Shown here piece by piece: positions 8,444 to 17,296 of a DNA stretch of 32,708 nt. Source of the DNA: Candidatus Tepidifontimicrobium thermophilum (GTDB lineage Bacteria > Sysuimicrobiota > Sysuimicrobiia > Sysuimicrobiales > Sysuimicrobiaceae); contig JAVKHO010000005.1 of the NCBI GenBank assembly GCA_031459915.1, positions 1 to 32,708 on the forward strand, given 5' to 3'. Under the pieces are notes generated by a model. That model was given only the letters and a program-made list of their open reading frames with translations, was not told where the DNA came from and did not search any database. Numbering within the stretch: position 1 is the stretch's first letter; every line of letters begins with the position of its first letter. The translations under genes and the position numbers were made by a program.

Positions 8444-9267
8444 GGTCCGGCCCCTTCCAGGCCGGGGAAGTCGTGCTGTTGGTGGACCGCAAGGGCCGGC
8501 GGTACCTGCTGCGCCTGCAGCCCGGAAAAGTGCACGACCTGCGGGGCCGGTTAGAACACGACGCGCTTTTGGGCCAGGAAGAAGGGGTCGTGGTGCGCAA
8601 CAGCCACGGCGAGGTGTTCCTGGCCCTGCGGCCTACCCTCGCGGAGTACGTGCTGGAGATGCCCCGCCGCACCACACCCATCTACCCCAAGGACCTCGGC
8701 GCTATCCTCGTGGCCGCGGACATCTACCCCGGCGCCCGGGTGGTGGAGGCGGGGACCGGGTCCGGCGCCCTGACCCTGACCCTGCTGCGCGCGGTGGGGC
8801 CCTCGGGACTGGTGTTCACCTACGAGGTACGGCGGGAGTTCCTGGATACGGCGCTTCGCAACATCGAGCTCGTTGCGGGACCCGTGGAAAACCTGGTGGC
8901 CCGCGTGCACGACGTGTACGAGGGGATTCCGGACGCGCCCGCAGACCGGGTGGTACTGGACGTGCCGGAGCCGTGGCGGGTGGTCCCCCACGCGGCGGCG
9001 GCGCTGCGCCCCGGCGGGATCTTCGCCGCGTACGTACCCACCGTCCCCCAGGCCCACCAGACCGCGGAGGCCCTGCGGGCTTCCGGCGCCTTCGCCCTCG
9101 TGGAGACCACGGAGACCTTGGTGCGGCCGTGGAACCTCTCGGGGCAGAGCGTGCGACCTGCGCACCGCATGGTGGCGCACACCGGCTTCCTCACCACCGC
9201 GCGCCGGGTCCAGCCCAGGAGCGGCGAGCGGTTGGCCCCGTTCCCTCCGGCATCGCCGTACGTTTGA
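8440..9267 (+). CDS. trmI: tRNA (adenine-58 N1)-methyltransferase TrmI
   Basis: ATG at 8440 (ATGA overlap); RPTL.EYVLEMPR.TTPIYPKD, VEAGTGSGALT, LDVPEPW, VRPAHRMVAHTGFL. Confidence 0.92.
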   Translation: MRSGPFQAGEVVLLVDRKGRRYLLRLQPGKVHDLRGRLEHDALLGQEEGVVVRNSHGEVFLALRPTLAEYVLEMPRRTTPIYPKDLGAILVAADIYPGARVVEAGTGSGALTLTLLRAVGPSGLVFTYEVRREFLDTALRNIELVAGPVENLVARVHDVYEGIPDAPADRVVLDVPEPWRVVPHAAAALRPGGIFAAYVPTVPQAHQTAEALRASGAFALVETTETLVRPWNLSGQSVRPAHRMVAHTGFLTTARRVQPRSGERLAPFPPASPYV

Positions 9268-9296
9268 ACCTGCAGGGCCGTCGGCAGCAGGACCTG

Positions 9297-9315
9297 GGTT
9301 CGGGATAGCCGAACC
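9297..9315 (+). promoter_or_regulatory. Palindromic operator GGTTCGG-GATAG-CCGAACC upstream of the ABC-IOR operon (IclR/PcaR-like motif)
   Basis: Perfect 7-bp inverted repeat in the intergenic gap, just upstream of a TTGAAC (9322) candidate -35; core matches the box at 27132-27148 at 14/17 positions. Confidence 0.55.
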
Positions 9316-9379
9316 GGAACATTGAACCCGCGCGTGTGTACGTGTAGACAGGAGGTACGCGCGAGACAGAGGTGGTGCG

Positions 9380-10219
9380 GTGGCCGAACGGGCGGGTGGC
9401 ACGCTTCCGACCGCTCGAGTCCGGGCGGAGGCGACCGAGGCCAAGGTGGTGGTGCGCGGCCTCTCGGTCCGTTACACCTCCTCGAGGGGAACGCTTACCG
9501 CGCTGGAGGACATTTCCCTGTCCGTGCAGGCGGGGGAGTTCTGCTGCGTGGTCGGACCCAGCGGGTGCGGGAAGTCGACCCTCCTGAGGGTGCTGGCGGG
9601 GCTGATCCCGTGCGCGGAAGGCGAGGTCCGCATCCGGTCCGATGGACCGCAGAGGCCGCTCACCGCCATGGTGTTCCAGGACTACGCCCTGCTCCCCTGG
9701 CGGACGGTGTTGGACAACGTGGCGTTCGGGCCCGAAAACCGAGGGGTCCCGAGGGCGGAGCGCTACCGGCTGGCGCGGGAGATCCTGGCCAAGGTAGGGC
9801 TGTCGGGGTTCGAGCACGCTTACCCCCACCAGCTCTCAGGTGGGATGAAGCAGCGGGTGGGGATCGCCCGGGCTCTGGCCAACGACCCCGAGGTGCTGCT
9901 CATGGACGAGCCGCTGGCCGCCCTGGACGCCCAGACCCGCAACCTCATGCAGGAGGAGCTTTTGCGGATCTGGGCGGAGTTCGGGAAGACCGTCGTGTAC
10001 GTCACCCACGCCATCGACGAGGCGGTCCTGCTGGGCGACCGGGTGGTGGTGATGACCGCGCGGCCGGGCCGGGTGAAGGCCGTCGTACCGGTGGACCTGG
10101 AACGCCCGAGGACGCTGGAGCAGAAAGGATCGGCGCACTTCGCCCGGCTGTACAACGAGGTCTGGCAGCTGCTGCGGGAGGAGGTCTCCGCGGCCTCCCG
10201 GGAGGCGGGGGGTGGCTAG
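9380..10219 (+). CDS. ABC transporter ATP-binding protein, NitT/TauT (SsuB/TauB) family
   Basis: Walker A GPSGCGKST, Q-loop VFQDYALLPW, LSGGMKQR, LLMDEP, H-loop VTH. Confidence 0.93.
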   Translation: MAERAGGTLPTARVRAEATEAKVVVRGLSVRYTSSRGTLTALEDISLSVQAGEFCCVVGPSGCGKSTLLRVLAGLIPCAEGEVRIRSDGPQRPLTAMVFQDYALLPWRTVLDNVAFGPENRGVPRAERYRLAREILAKVGLSGFEHAYPHQLSGGMKQRVGIARALANDPEVLLMDEPLAALDAQTRNLMQEELLRIWAEFGKTVVYVTHAIDEAVLLGDRVVVMTARPGRVKAVVPVDLERPRTLEQKGSAHFARLYNEVWQLLREEVSAASREAGGG

Positions 10220-11012
10220 GCAGGGGGGCAAAGCTGCGGCCGGCCGGGCGGCGCATCCGGCGGCGCTGTCCGTCCTGTCCGTGCTGGCGCTCCTCAGCCT
10301 GTGGGAGTGGGCTGCGGGCGGCGGGTGGGTGCGGGAAGCGTTCTTCCCCAGGCCCTCTTCCGTAGTGGCGCAGTTCGTGGTCCTGGTGCGCGACGGCACC
10401 CTCGCCAGTCACCTGAGCGCCACCCTGACCCGCGTGGCGTGGGCCTTTCTGGTGGCGGCGCTGCCCGGGGTCGCGGTGGGGTTGACGATGGGGGTCTGGC
10501 GGGGCGCCCGGGAAGCTCTGGACCCGCTGTTCGCCTTCGTGTACCCGATCCCCAGCGTGCTGTTCCTGCCGCTCGCTGCGTTTGTGCTGGGGCGGGGAGA
10601 GCCCGCGCGGGTTCTTACCTCCGCCGTGACCTCCTTCTTCCTCGTGGCGGCGAACACCCTGACGGGGGTGCGGCAGCTGGACCGCGGCGTCCTGGAGGCT
10701 GCGGTGCACTACGGCGCCACCGGCCACCGCCTGTTCTTCAAGGTGCTGCTGCCCGGTTCGCTGCCGTGGATCTTCACGGGACTGCGGCTGGGCCTCGGGT
10801 TCGCCCTGATCGTGGTGGTGGCGGTGGAGATGGTGGGTGCGGAGCAGGGCCTGGGATCCCTGCTGTGGCTTTCGTGGCAGACGCTGAAGGTCCGGGACAT
10901 GTACGTGACGCTGCTGGTGATCGGCTTCCTGGGGCTAGGGGCCACGTACGGTCTCGAGCGGGTGCGGGAGCGACTGCTGCCCTGGCAGCCGCGGGTGGAG
11001 GTGCGGAGGTGA
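10212..11012 (+). CDS. ABC transporter permease, NitT/TauT (SsuC/TauC) family
   Basis: Hydrophobic; FFPRPSSV, YPIPS, EAA loop (LEAAVHYGA), GLRLG, VAVEMVGAEQGLG. Confidence 0.9.
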   Translation: MARQGGKAAAGRAAHPAALSVLSVLALLSLWEWAAGGGWVREAFFPRPSSVVAQFVVLVRDGTLASHLSATLTRVAWAFLVAALPGVAVGLTMGVWRGAREALDPLFAFVYPIPSVLFLPLAAFVLGRGEPARVLTSAVTSFFLVAANTLTGVRQLDRGVLEAAVHYGATGHRLFFKVLLPGSLPWIFTGLRLGLGFALIVVVAVEMVGAEQGLGSLLWLSWQTLKVRDMYVTLLVIGFLGLGATYGLERVRERLLPWQPRVEVRR

Positions 11013-11803
11013 CGGGTGCTGCCGCCCGGCAGACCCTCCGGGCGGTCCGGGTGGACGCCCGTTCGCTGGCCGCCGCGGGGATCCTGGTGGCCGGCTGGGA
11101 GTTCCTGCCGCGACGCGGGCTGCTGAACCCCGCGTACTTCCCGCCCGCCAGCCAGGTGGTGGCGGCTCTCGCGGAGGGCTTGTCCGCCGGCGAGTTGCTG
11201 CCGCACGTGGCGGCGACCGTGTCGCGCCTGCTGGTGGCTTTTTTCCTGGCCGCCCTGCCGGGACTGGGGGTAGGTGTGGCCATGGGCCTTTCGGGCACGG
11301 TGCGGCGGGTGGCAGACCCCTACGTGGCCCTGCTGTACCCGATCCCTAAGGTGGCCCTCTTGCCCCTCATGCTCATCCTGTTCGGGGTGGGCGAGCGGGC
11401 CTTCGTCCTCACCGGTGCTCTCACGGCTTTCTTTCAGATCGTGGTGAACACCATGGACGGCATCCGACAGGTGGACCCCACCCTGGTGGAGGTGGGACGG
11501 AACTACGGAGCCACGAGATTTCGCCTGTTCTGGAAAGTCGTCCTGCCGGCGGCCCTACCCGGGATCCTGACCGGTCTGCGCCTGGGTCTCGGGCTCACCT
11601 TGGTCACCGTGGTGGCCGTGGAGTTCGCCATCGCCAAGTCGGGGTTGGGCCACGTGGTGTGGGGGTCTTGGCAGACCCTCACCACCCCGCGCATGTACGC
11701 GGCCTTCGTGGCGGTCGGGCTTCTCGGGCTGCTTCTCACCCGGGGCCTCAAGCGGCTGCAGGACCGGCTGCTGGCGTGGCAGACGTCCGTGGACGTGTGG
11801 TGA
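11009..11803 (+). CDS. ABC transporter permease, NitT/TauT family (second subunit)
   Basis: GTG at 11009 (GTGA overlap); YFPPASQV, YPIPKVALLP, VEVGRNYGA, GLRLG, VAVEFAIAKSGLG. Confidence 0.9.
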   Translation: MTGAAARQTLRAVRVDARSLAAAGILVAGWEFLPRRGLLNPAYFPPASQVVAALAEGLSAGELLPHVAATVSRLLVAFFLAALPGLGVGVAMGLSGTVRRVADPYVALLYPIPKVALLPLMLILFGVGERAFVLTGALTAFFQIVVNTMDGIRQVDPTLVEVGRNYGATRFRLFWKVVLPAALPGILTGLRLGLGLTLVTVVAVEFAIAKSGLGHVVWGSWQTLTTPRMYAAFVAVGLLGLLLTRGLKRLQDRLLAWQTSVDVW

Positions 11804-11828
11804 GTCCACTGGAAAGGGGGGACGGACA

Positions 11829-12818
11829 GTGCGTCGGTGGGGATGGCTTCTGGCTGTGGCTTTCGCGGTGGGGGTGGCCAGCGCCGCTCCGGCCCAGCGG
11901 GTGCGGCTGCGGATCGGTTACATCCCCGTGGACTCCTTTGCGGCGCTCCTCCTGGCCGCGGACCGCTACCTGCCGCAGGAGGGGTTCGAGGTGGAGATGG
12001 TGCGGCTGCCCAGCGGGGCGGAGATCCTCTCGCAGGTGGCCATCGGGCAGCTCCAGGTGGGCGGCGGGGCCATGGGGGCCGCGGCCTTCAACGCGACGGT
12101 GGAGAGGCTCCCCGTGCGGTTCGTGGCGTCCCTCCACAACGGCTTCATCGAGGACTACTTCACGGTGCGCAGGGCCGTGTGGGGGAGCGAAATCAATCGG
12201 ATTGCGCAGCTCCGGGGGAGGCCCGTGGCCATCAACGCGAGGGGCGTGGTCACGGAATACATGATGGACCGGGTCCTCCGTAGCGACGGGATCGCGATCG
12301 AGGACGTGGACCTCAAGACCATGCCCTTCCCGGACATGGTGCCCGCGCTGGAGAGCGGCGCCATCTGGGCCGGCATCGTCTCGGAGCCCTTCCCCACCCT
12401 GGCGGAGGACCGCGGGGTCGGAGTGCGGCCCCTCCGCAAACCTCCGGGTGCCCGCCCCATCCCCTTCACCTTCGTCTTCTGGAACACCGACTGGGCGGCC
12501 CGTAACCCGCAGGCGGCCCAGCGGTTCCTGGTGGCCTACCTTCGCGCCGCCCGGGACCTGGCCATCGGGGGTGGCTGGCAGCGGGAGGACAACTTGCAGG
12601 TGGTGGCCAGGTACACGGGCGCCCGCCTGGAGCTGCTGCGCCGCGCCCGGCCCCACCACCTGGATCCCAACCTCAACGTGGACACCCGGCAGCTGGAGGA
12701 GCAGCAGCGGTTCTACATGAGGCGCGGTTACCTGAAGTACGCGGACCCGCTCCCCCTGGATCGGATCTTCGACTTCACCTACGTGCGGCAGGCGGTCCGC
12801 GAGCTGGGCCGGAGGTGA
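11829..12818 (+). CDS. ABC transporter substrate-binding protein, SsuA/NMT1-like
   Basis: Sec-type signal (MRRWGWLLAVAFAVGVASAAPA-Q), LRIGYIP, LRGRPVAIN, MPFPDMVPALESGAI, SEPFPT. Confidence 0.88.
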   Translation: MRRWGWLLAVAFAVGVASAAPAQRVRLRIGYIPVDSFAALLLAADRYLPQEGFEVEMVRLPSGAEILSQVAIGQLQVGGGAMGAAAFNATVERLPVRFVASLHNGFIEDYFTVRRAVWGSEINRIAQLRGRPVAINARGVVTEYMMDRVLRSDGIAIEDVDLKTMPFPDMVPALESGAIWAGIVSEPFPTLAEDRGVGVRPLRKPPGARPIPFTFVFWNTDWAARNPQAAQRFLVAYLRAARDLAIGGGWQREDNLQVVARYTGARLELLRRARPHHLDPNLNVDTRQLEEQQRFYMRRGYLKYADPLPLDRIFDFTYVRQAVRELGRR

Positions 12819-12822
12819 GGCC

Positions 12823-15800
12823 GTGAGCGGCGCGCCGCAGCCGGTAGGGCTGGAAGAGCGGTACACCCTGGAGGAGGGGCGGGTTTACCTGACGGGGGTC
12901 CAGGCCCTGGTGCGGCTACCCCTGGACCAGGTCCGTCGCGACCGCCGGGCGGGGCTGCGGACCGGCGTGTTCATCAGCGGATATCCCGGCTCACCCCTCA
13001 GCGGTTACGACCTCGCCCTGCAGCGGGCGCGCCGGCTGCTGGAGGCGTACGGGGTGGTGCACCGCCCTGCGCCGAACGAGGAGTCCGCGGCCACCGCGCT
13101 GATGGGCACGCAGATGCTGGACGAGCACCCGCACAGCCAGTTCGACGGCGTCGTGGGCTTCTGGTACGGCAAGGGTCCAGGGGTGGACCGCAGTGGCGAC
13201 GCCCTCAAGCACGGGAACTTCGCGGGCACCAGCCGGTATGGCGCGGTGGTGGTGCTGGCGGGGGAGGACCACGAGGGCAAGTCCAGCACCATGCCGTTTC
13301 AGGACGACTACGCCTTCGCCGCCCACGGGATCCCGGTGCTGTACCCCTCGTCCGTGGCGGAGTTTCTGGAGCTGGGCCTGCACGCGGTGGCCCTGTCGCG
13401 GTTCAGCGGCTGCTGGGTGGCCCTCAAGCTGGTGGCGGCCCTGTGCGACGGCGGCCAGATCGTGGAGGTCTCCACAGACCGCCCGTCCGTCGTGCTCCCG
13501 GAGGTGGAGGTGGACGGCCGGCCGTTCCGGAAGCGCGCCGACTTCCGGTTCTTCCCCGGGACCAACGTGGAGACGGAGCGCCACCTGTACCGGGAGCGGC
13601 ACGAAGCCGTGCGGGCGTACGCGCGGGCGAACGGCCTGGACCGGGTCGTGGTGAACCCGCCGAGGGCGCGGCTCGGCCTGGTGACTGCAGGCAAGAGCTA
13701 CGCGGACCTGCGCCAGGCCCTGGAGGACCTGGGGGTCGACGAGGAAGCCCTCTACCGCGCGGGCGTCCGCCTGCTCAAGCTGGGGCTCATCTACCCCTTG
13801 GATCCGGAGGTGGTGCGCGCCTTCGCCAGGGACCTGGAAGAAGTTGTGGTGGTGGAGGAGAAGCGGGGGTTCGTGGAGGCGCAGGTAAAGGAAGCCCTGT
13901 GCGGGCTCCCGGTGCGGGTGGTGGGCAAGACCGACGAGAGCGGACGGCCTCTGTTCCCGGTGTCCGGGGGGTTGGATCCCGACCTCATCGCGGAGGTGCT
14001 CGCACCGCGCCTGCGGCCGTACCTGGGGGAGGACGTGGGCGCGCGCCGTCTGGCGCAGCTCGCGTCGGTGCGGGCGCGGCAGTACGAGCCCACCCGGAGC
14101 CGGGCCCCCAACTACTGCTCGGGCTGCCCCCACAACACGTCCACGGTGTTGCTGCCCGGGCAGGTGGCCTGGGGCAGCCCGGGGTGTCACTCCTTCGCCT
14201 CCCTCATCGAGCAGCCCCACCGGCACGTGGTGGCCATGACCCAGTACGGCGGGGAAGGGCTGCCCTGGGTGGGCCTGGCGCCCTTCGTGGACCGGCCCCA
14301 CGTGGTGCAGAACGTGGGCGACGGGTCTTTGTTCCACTCCAGCTACCCGAACATCCGGTTCTGCGCCGCCGCGGGCGTGAACATCACCTTCAAGGTGCTG
14401 TACAACGGGTACATCGCCAACACCGGAGCGCAGCGGCCCGTCGGGCAGCTCGGCATCCCGGAGCTCACCCACATGCTGGAGGCGGACGGGGTGCGGCGGA
14501 TCGCGGTGGTCACCAGGGACCCCCGCCGGTACCGCGGGGCCAAGCTGGCCCGCATCGCTCGCGTGTACCCGCGTCACGCCCACCCGCAGGCCCTCCGGGA
14601 CCTGGTCTCCGCGGGCGGCACCACGGTGTACTTCTACGACGAGACGTGCGCCAACGAGCGCCGCCGGCAGCAGAAGCGGGGCAAGCTCCCGCCCCGCACC
14701 CGGTGGGTTTGGATCCACCCCGAGGTGTGTGAGGGCTGCGGGGACTGCGGCCAGGCCAGCAACTGCATGTCGCTGCAACGGGTGGACACGGAGTTCGGCC
14801 CCAAGACGCAAGTGCACCTGTCCAGCTGCAACCAGGACGAGCTGTGCCTGCAGGGCGACTGCCCGTCCTTCGTCACCCTCGAGGCCCCCAACGGGTTCGC
14901 CCGCCCGAAGCCTCCCGAGGTCGGGCCCGAGGAGATCCCGGAGCCGCCCGCCAGGGTCCGGCTGGACAGCCCCTACCGCATCTACACGCCGGGCGTCGGC
15001 GGTACGGGAGTCATCACGGTGAACGCCATCCTGGCCTTCGCCGCGTGGATGGACGGGCTGGAGGCCTTGACGTACGACCAGACCGGGGCTGCCCAGAAGT
15101 GGGGTGCGGTCCTGTCTAGCCTGGTGGTGGCGCCGCGTGGCCGGGCCCTGTGGGCCAGCCGGGTGGGCGCCGGGCAGGCGGATCTGTACCTGGCCCTGGA
15201 CCTGATCGGCGCGGCGGCGCCCGGGAACCTGGATCGGTGCGACCCGCAGCGGACGGTGGCGGTGGTGAACACCACGGTGCTCCCCACGGGCGAGATGATC
15301 CGGGACCCGTCCGCCACGGTCTCCCCGGAGGTGCTGGAACAGGCCGTGGCTCACTACACCCGGGCCGCGGGCAGCGTGTACGTGGAGGGCCGCCGGCTCG
15401 CGGAGGCGCTGTTCGGCGACTACCTGGCCACCAACCTGTTCGTGCTCGGGGTGGCCTACCAGGCGGGCACCGTTCCTCTGAAAGCGTCGAGCATCGAGGC
15501 CGCCATCCGGATGAACGGCGTGCAGGTGGAGCAGAACCTTCAGGCGTTCCGGTACGGCCGGCTGTGGGTGCACGACCCGCAGCGGGTGCGGGAGCTGGTG
15601 GAGCCGCCGCGGCGGGGCTACGAGGAGGAGCGGGAGCGCTGGCTGCGGAGACTCCGTGGCCCGCAGGCCCGGGAGTACGCTCGGCTGTTGGATCGTGCGG
15701 CGGAGCTGGACGAGGAGTCCCGGCGCCTGCTGGCCGTCCGGGTGGGGGAGCTGGTGGATTACCAGGACGCCCGCTACGCGGCGGAGTACCTGGACTTCGT

Positions 15801-16368
15801 CCTGCGGGTGGCGGATCGGGAGCGCCAGGTGGTGGGCCGGACGGGCCCGCTGACCCACGCGGTGGCCCGGTCTCTGTTCAAACTCATGGCGTACAAGGAC
15901 GAATACGAGGTGGCACGCCTGTACTTGCGCGAGGAGTTCTGGCAACACCTGCAGCGCACCTTCCCAGGATACCGCAGGGTCCGGTTCCACCTGCACCCGC
16001 CGCTGCTGAGGGCTGTGGGGGTGCGGCGCAAGGTGGCGGTGGGGCCGTGGGCGCTGGGGCTGTTCCGCCTTCTGCGGGCCCTGCGGCGGCTCCGGGGAAC
16101 GCCCCTGGATCCCTTCGGCTACCTCCGCGTGCGCCGTGAGGAGCGGGAGCTGGTGCGGTGGTACCGAGGGCTGGTGGAGCGCGCCCTGCAGGCCCTCCGG
16201 CCGGACACCTACGTGCAGGTGGTGGAGCTAGCGGCGGCGCCGGAGGCGATCCGGGGCTACGAGGACGTGAAGCGGCGACACGCAGCCAAAGCGGTGGAGC
16301 GGGCAGAGGAGTCCCTGGCTCGCCTCTTCAGCACGGCGCATCCGGAACCCGCAGGCGTGCGCTCCTGA
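12823..16368 (+). CDS. Single-chain (alpha/beta fused) indolepyruvate:ferredoxin oxidoreductase-family protein
   Basis: LTGVQALVRLP, SGYPGSPL, WYGKGPGVDRSGDA, YCSGCPHNTST, TPP motif GDGSLFHS..N, 4Fe-4S motif CEGCGDCG..SNC, GVGGTGV, KLMAYKDEYEVARL; 1181 aa. Confidence 0.92.
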   Translation: MSGAPQPVGLEERYTLEEGRVYLTGVQALVRLPLDQVRRDRRAGLRTGVFISGYPGSPLSGYDLALQRARRLLEAYGVVHRPAPNEESAATALMGTQMLDEHPHSQFDGVVGFWYGKGPGVDRSGDALKHGNFAGTSRYGAVVVLAGEDHEGKSSTMPFQDDYAFAAHGIPVLYPSSVAEFLELGLHAVALSRFSGCWVALKLVAALCDGGQIVEVSTDRPSVVLPEVEVDGRPFRKRADFRFFPGTNVETERHLYRERHEAVRAYARANGLDRVVVNPPRARLGLVTAGKSYADLRQALEDLGVDEEALYRAGVRLLKLGLIYPLDPEVVRAFARDLEEVVVVEEKRGFVEAQVKEALCGLPVRVVGKTDESGRPLFPVSGGLDPDLIAEVLAPRLRPYLGEDVGARRLAQLASVRARQYEPTRSRAPNYCSGCPHNTSTVLLPGQVAWGSPGCHSFASLIEQPHRHVVAMTQYGGEGLPWVGLAPFVDRPHVVQNVGDGSLFHSSYPNIRFCAAAGVNITFKVLYNGYIANTGAQRPVGQLGIPELTHMLEADGVRRIAVVTRDPRRYRGAKLARIARVYPRHAHPQALRDLVSAGGTTVYFYDETCANERRRQQKRGKLPPRTRWVWIHPEVCEGCGDCGQASNCMSLQRVDTEFGPKTQVHLSSCNQDELCLQGDCPSFVTLEAPNGFARPKPPEVGPEEIPEPPARVRLDSPYRIYTPGVGGTGVITVNAILAFAAWMDGLEALTYDQTGAAQKWGAVLSSLVVAPRGRALWASRVGAGQADLYLALDLIGAAAPGNLDRCDPQRTVAVVNTTVLPTGEMIRDPSATVSPEVLEQAVAHYTRAAGSVYVEGRRLAEALFGDYLATNLFVLGVAYQAGTVPLKASSIEAAIRMNGVQVEQNLQAFRYGRLWVHDPQRVRELVEPPRRGYEEERERWLRRLRGPQAREYARLLDRAAELDEESRRLLAVRVGELVDYQDARYAAEYLDFVLRVADRERQVVGRTGPLTHAVARSLFKLMAYKDEYEVARLYLREEFWQHLQRTFPGYRRVRFHLHPPLLRAVGVRRKVAVGPWALGLFRLLRALRRLRGTPLDPFGYLRVRREERELVRWYRGLVERALQALRPDTYVQVVELAAAPEAIRGYEDVKRRHAAKAVERAEESLARLFSTAHPEPAGVRS

Positions 16369-16439
16369 GGGGAGGGTGGGTGCGTGAGGGCGGCAATCCC
16401 CGGACCCCGTGCCAAGCCAGTGCGACGGGAGGGGTTGGC

Positions 16440-17261
16440 TTGAGCCTGGCGATCCCGCAGGCCCGACGGGGCAGGGTGACGGGGTACCGGCGGGGGGCCT
16501 GGGTTCTGGCCCTGCGGAGCGGCTTCCTGGTGGTGGTGCTGGCGGCCTGGGCGGCCTTCAGTGGCGACCTGGTGGCCGGGTGGCGGCCGACGCCTCGGGC
16601 CATCCTCCCCTCGCCCACCGAGGTGCTGTCGGGTTTACAGGCCTACGCCCGGAGCGGCGACCTTGCAGGCGACGCCCTGTACACCCTCTCGGAGGCGGGC
16701 GCCGGGCTCGGGCTGGCCATCGCCGCGGGGATCGCCGTCGGCGTGCTGTTCGCGTACGTGCGGCTTCTGGGCCAGGCGGCAGAACCCCTCATGGTGGCGC
16801 TGAACGCCATGCCCCGGTACGCCCTGGCACCCCTGTTCGTCGTCTGGTTCGGACTGGGGATGGCGTCCAAGGTGGCGCTGGTGTTCTTTGCGGTGTTCTT
16901 CGTGGTTTTCTTCAACGTCTACCAGGGGGTTCTGACCATCGACCCGAACTGGGTCCGGGCCATCGAGGTGATGGGCGGCGGGCCGCGGGACGTGGCCCGT
17001 TACGTGATCCTGCCTTACGTGGTGAGCTGGGTGGTGGCGGCCCTGCGGACCTCCATCGGGGTTTCCCTGGGCGTGGCGGTGGTGGGGGAGTTCGTAGGGT
17101 CGGTGCAGGGGCTCGGCTACCGGATGGTGATCTCCGTGGGCGTGCTCGACACGCCCAGGACGTTCGCCATCCTCGTGGTGCTGGCTGGGGTGGGCTACGG
17201 GGTGGTGACCCTGGCGGGCTTCGTGGAGCGCCGGCTGCTGCGCTGGCAGAGGGAAGGCTAG
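16440..17261 (+). CDS. ABC transporter permease, NitT/TauT family
   Basis: ILPSPTEV, NAMPRYALAPLF.VWFGLG, LRTSIG, VVGEFVGSVQGLGY. TTG start at 16440 chosen from the GGAGGGG SD; start uncertain. Confidence 0.87.
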   Translation: MSLAIPQARRGRVTGYRRGAWVLALRSGFLVVVLAAWAAFSGDLVAGWRPTPRAILPSPTEVLSGLQAYARSGDLAGDALYTLSEAGAGLGLAIAAGIAVGVLFAYVRLLGQAAEPLMVALNAMPRYALAPLFVVWFGLGMASKVALVFFAVFFVVFFNVYQGVLTIDPNWVRAIEVMGGGPRDVARYVILPYVVSWVVAALRTSIGVSLGVAVVGEFVGSVQGLGYRMVISVGVLDTPRTFAILVVLAGVGYGVVTLAGFVERRLLRWQREG

Positions 17262-17296
17262 AAACAACAGGTGCGGTCCGAAGGGAGGTGCCGGGA

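Noticed and set aside
9297..9315. Inverted repeat after trmI read as a rho-independent terminator
   Set aside because: No U-tract follows, and it matches the boxes in the 27.1 kb divergent promoter, so an operator is the better reading; a dual role is not excluded.
12991..15996. 1001-aa ORF on the minus strand
   Set aside because: Antisense shadow of the IOR gene caused by high-GC codon bias; no motifs.
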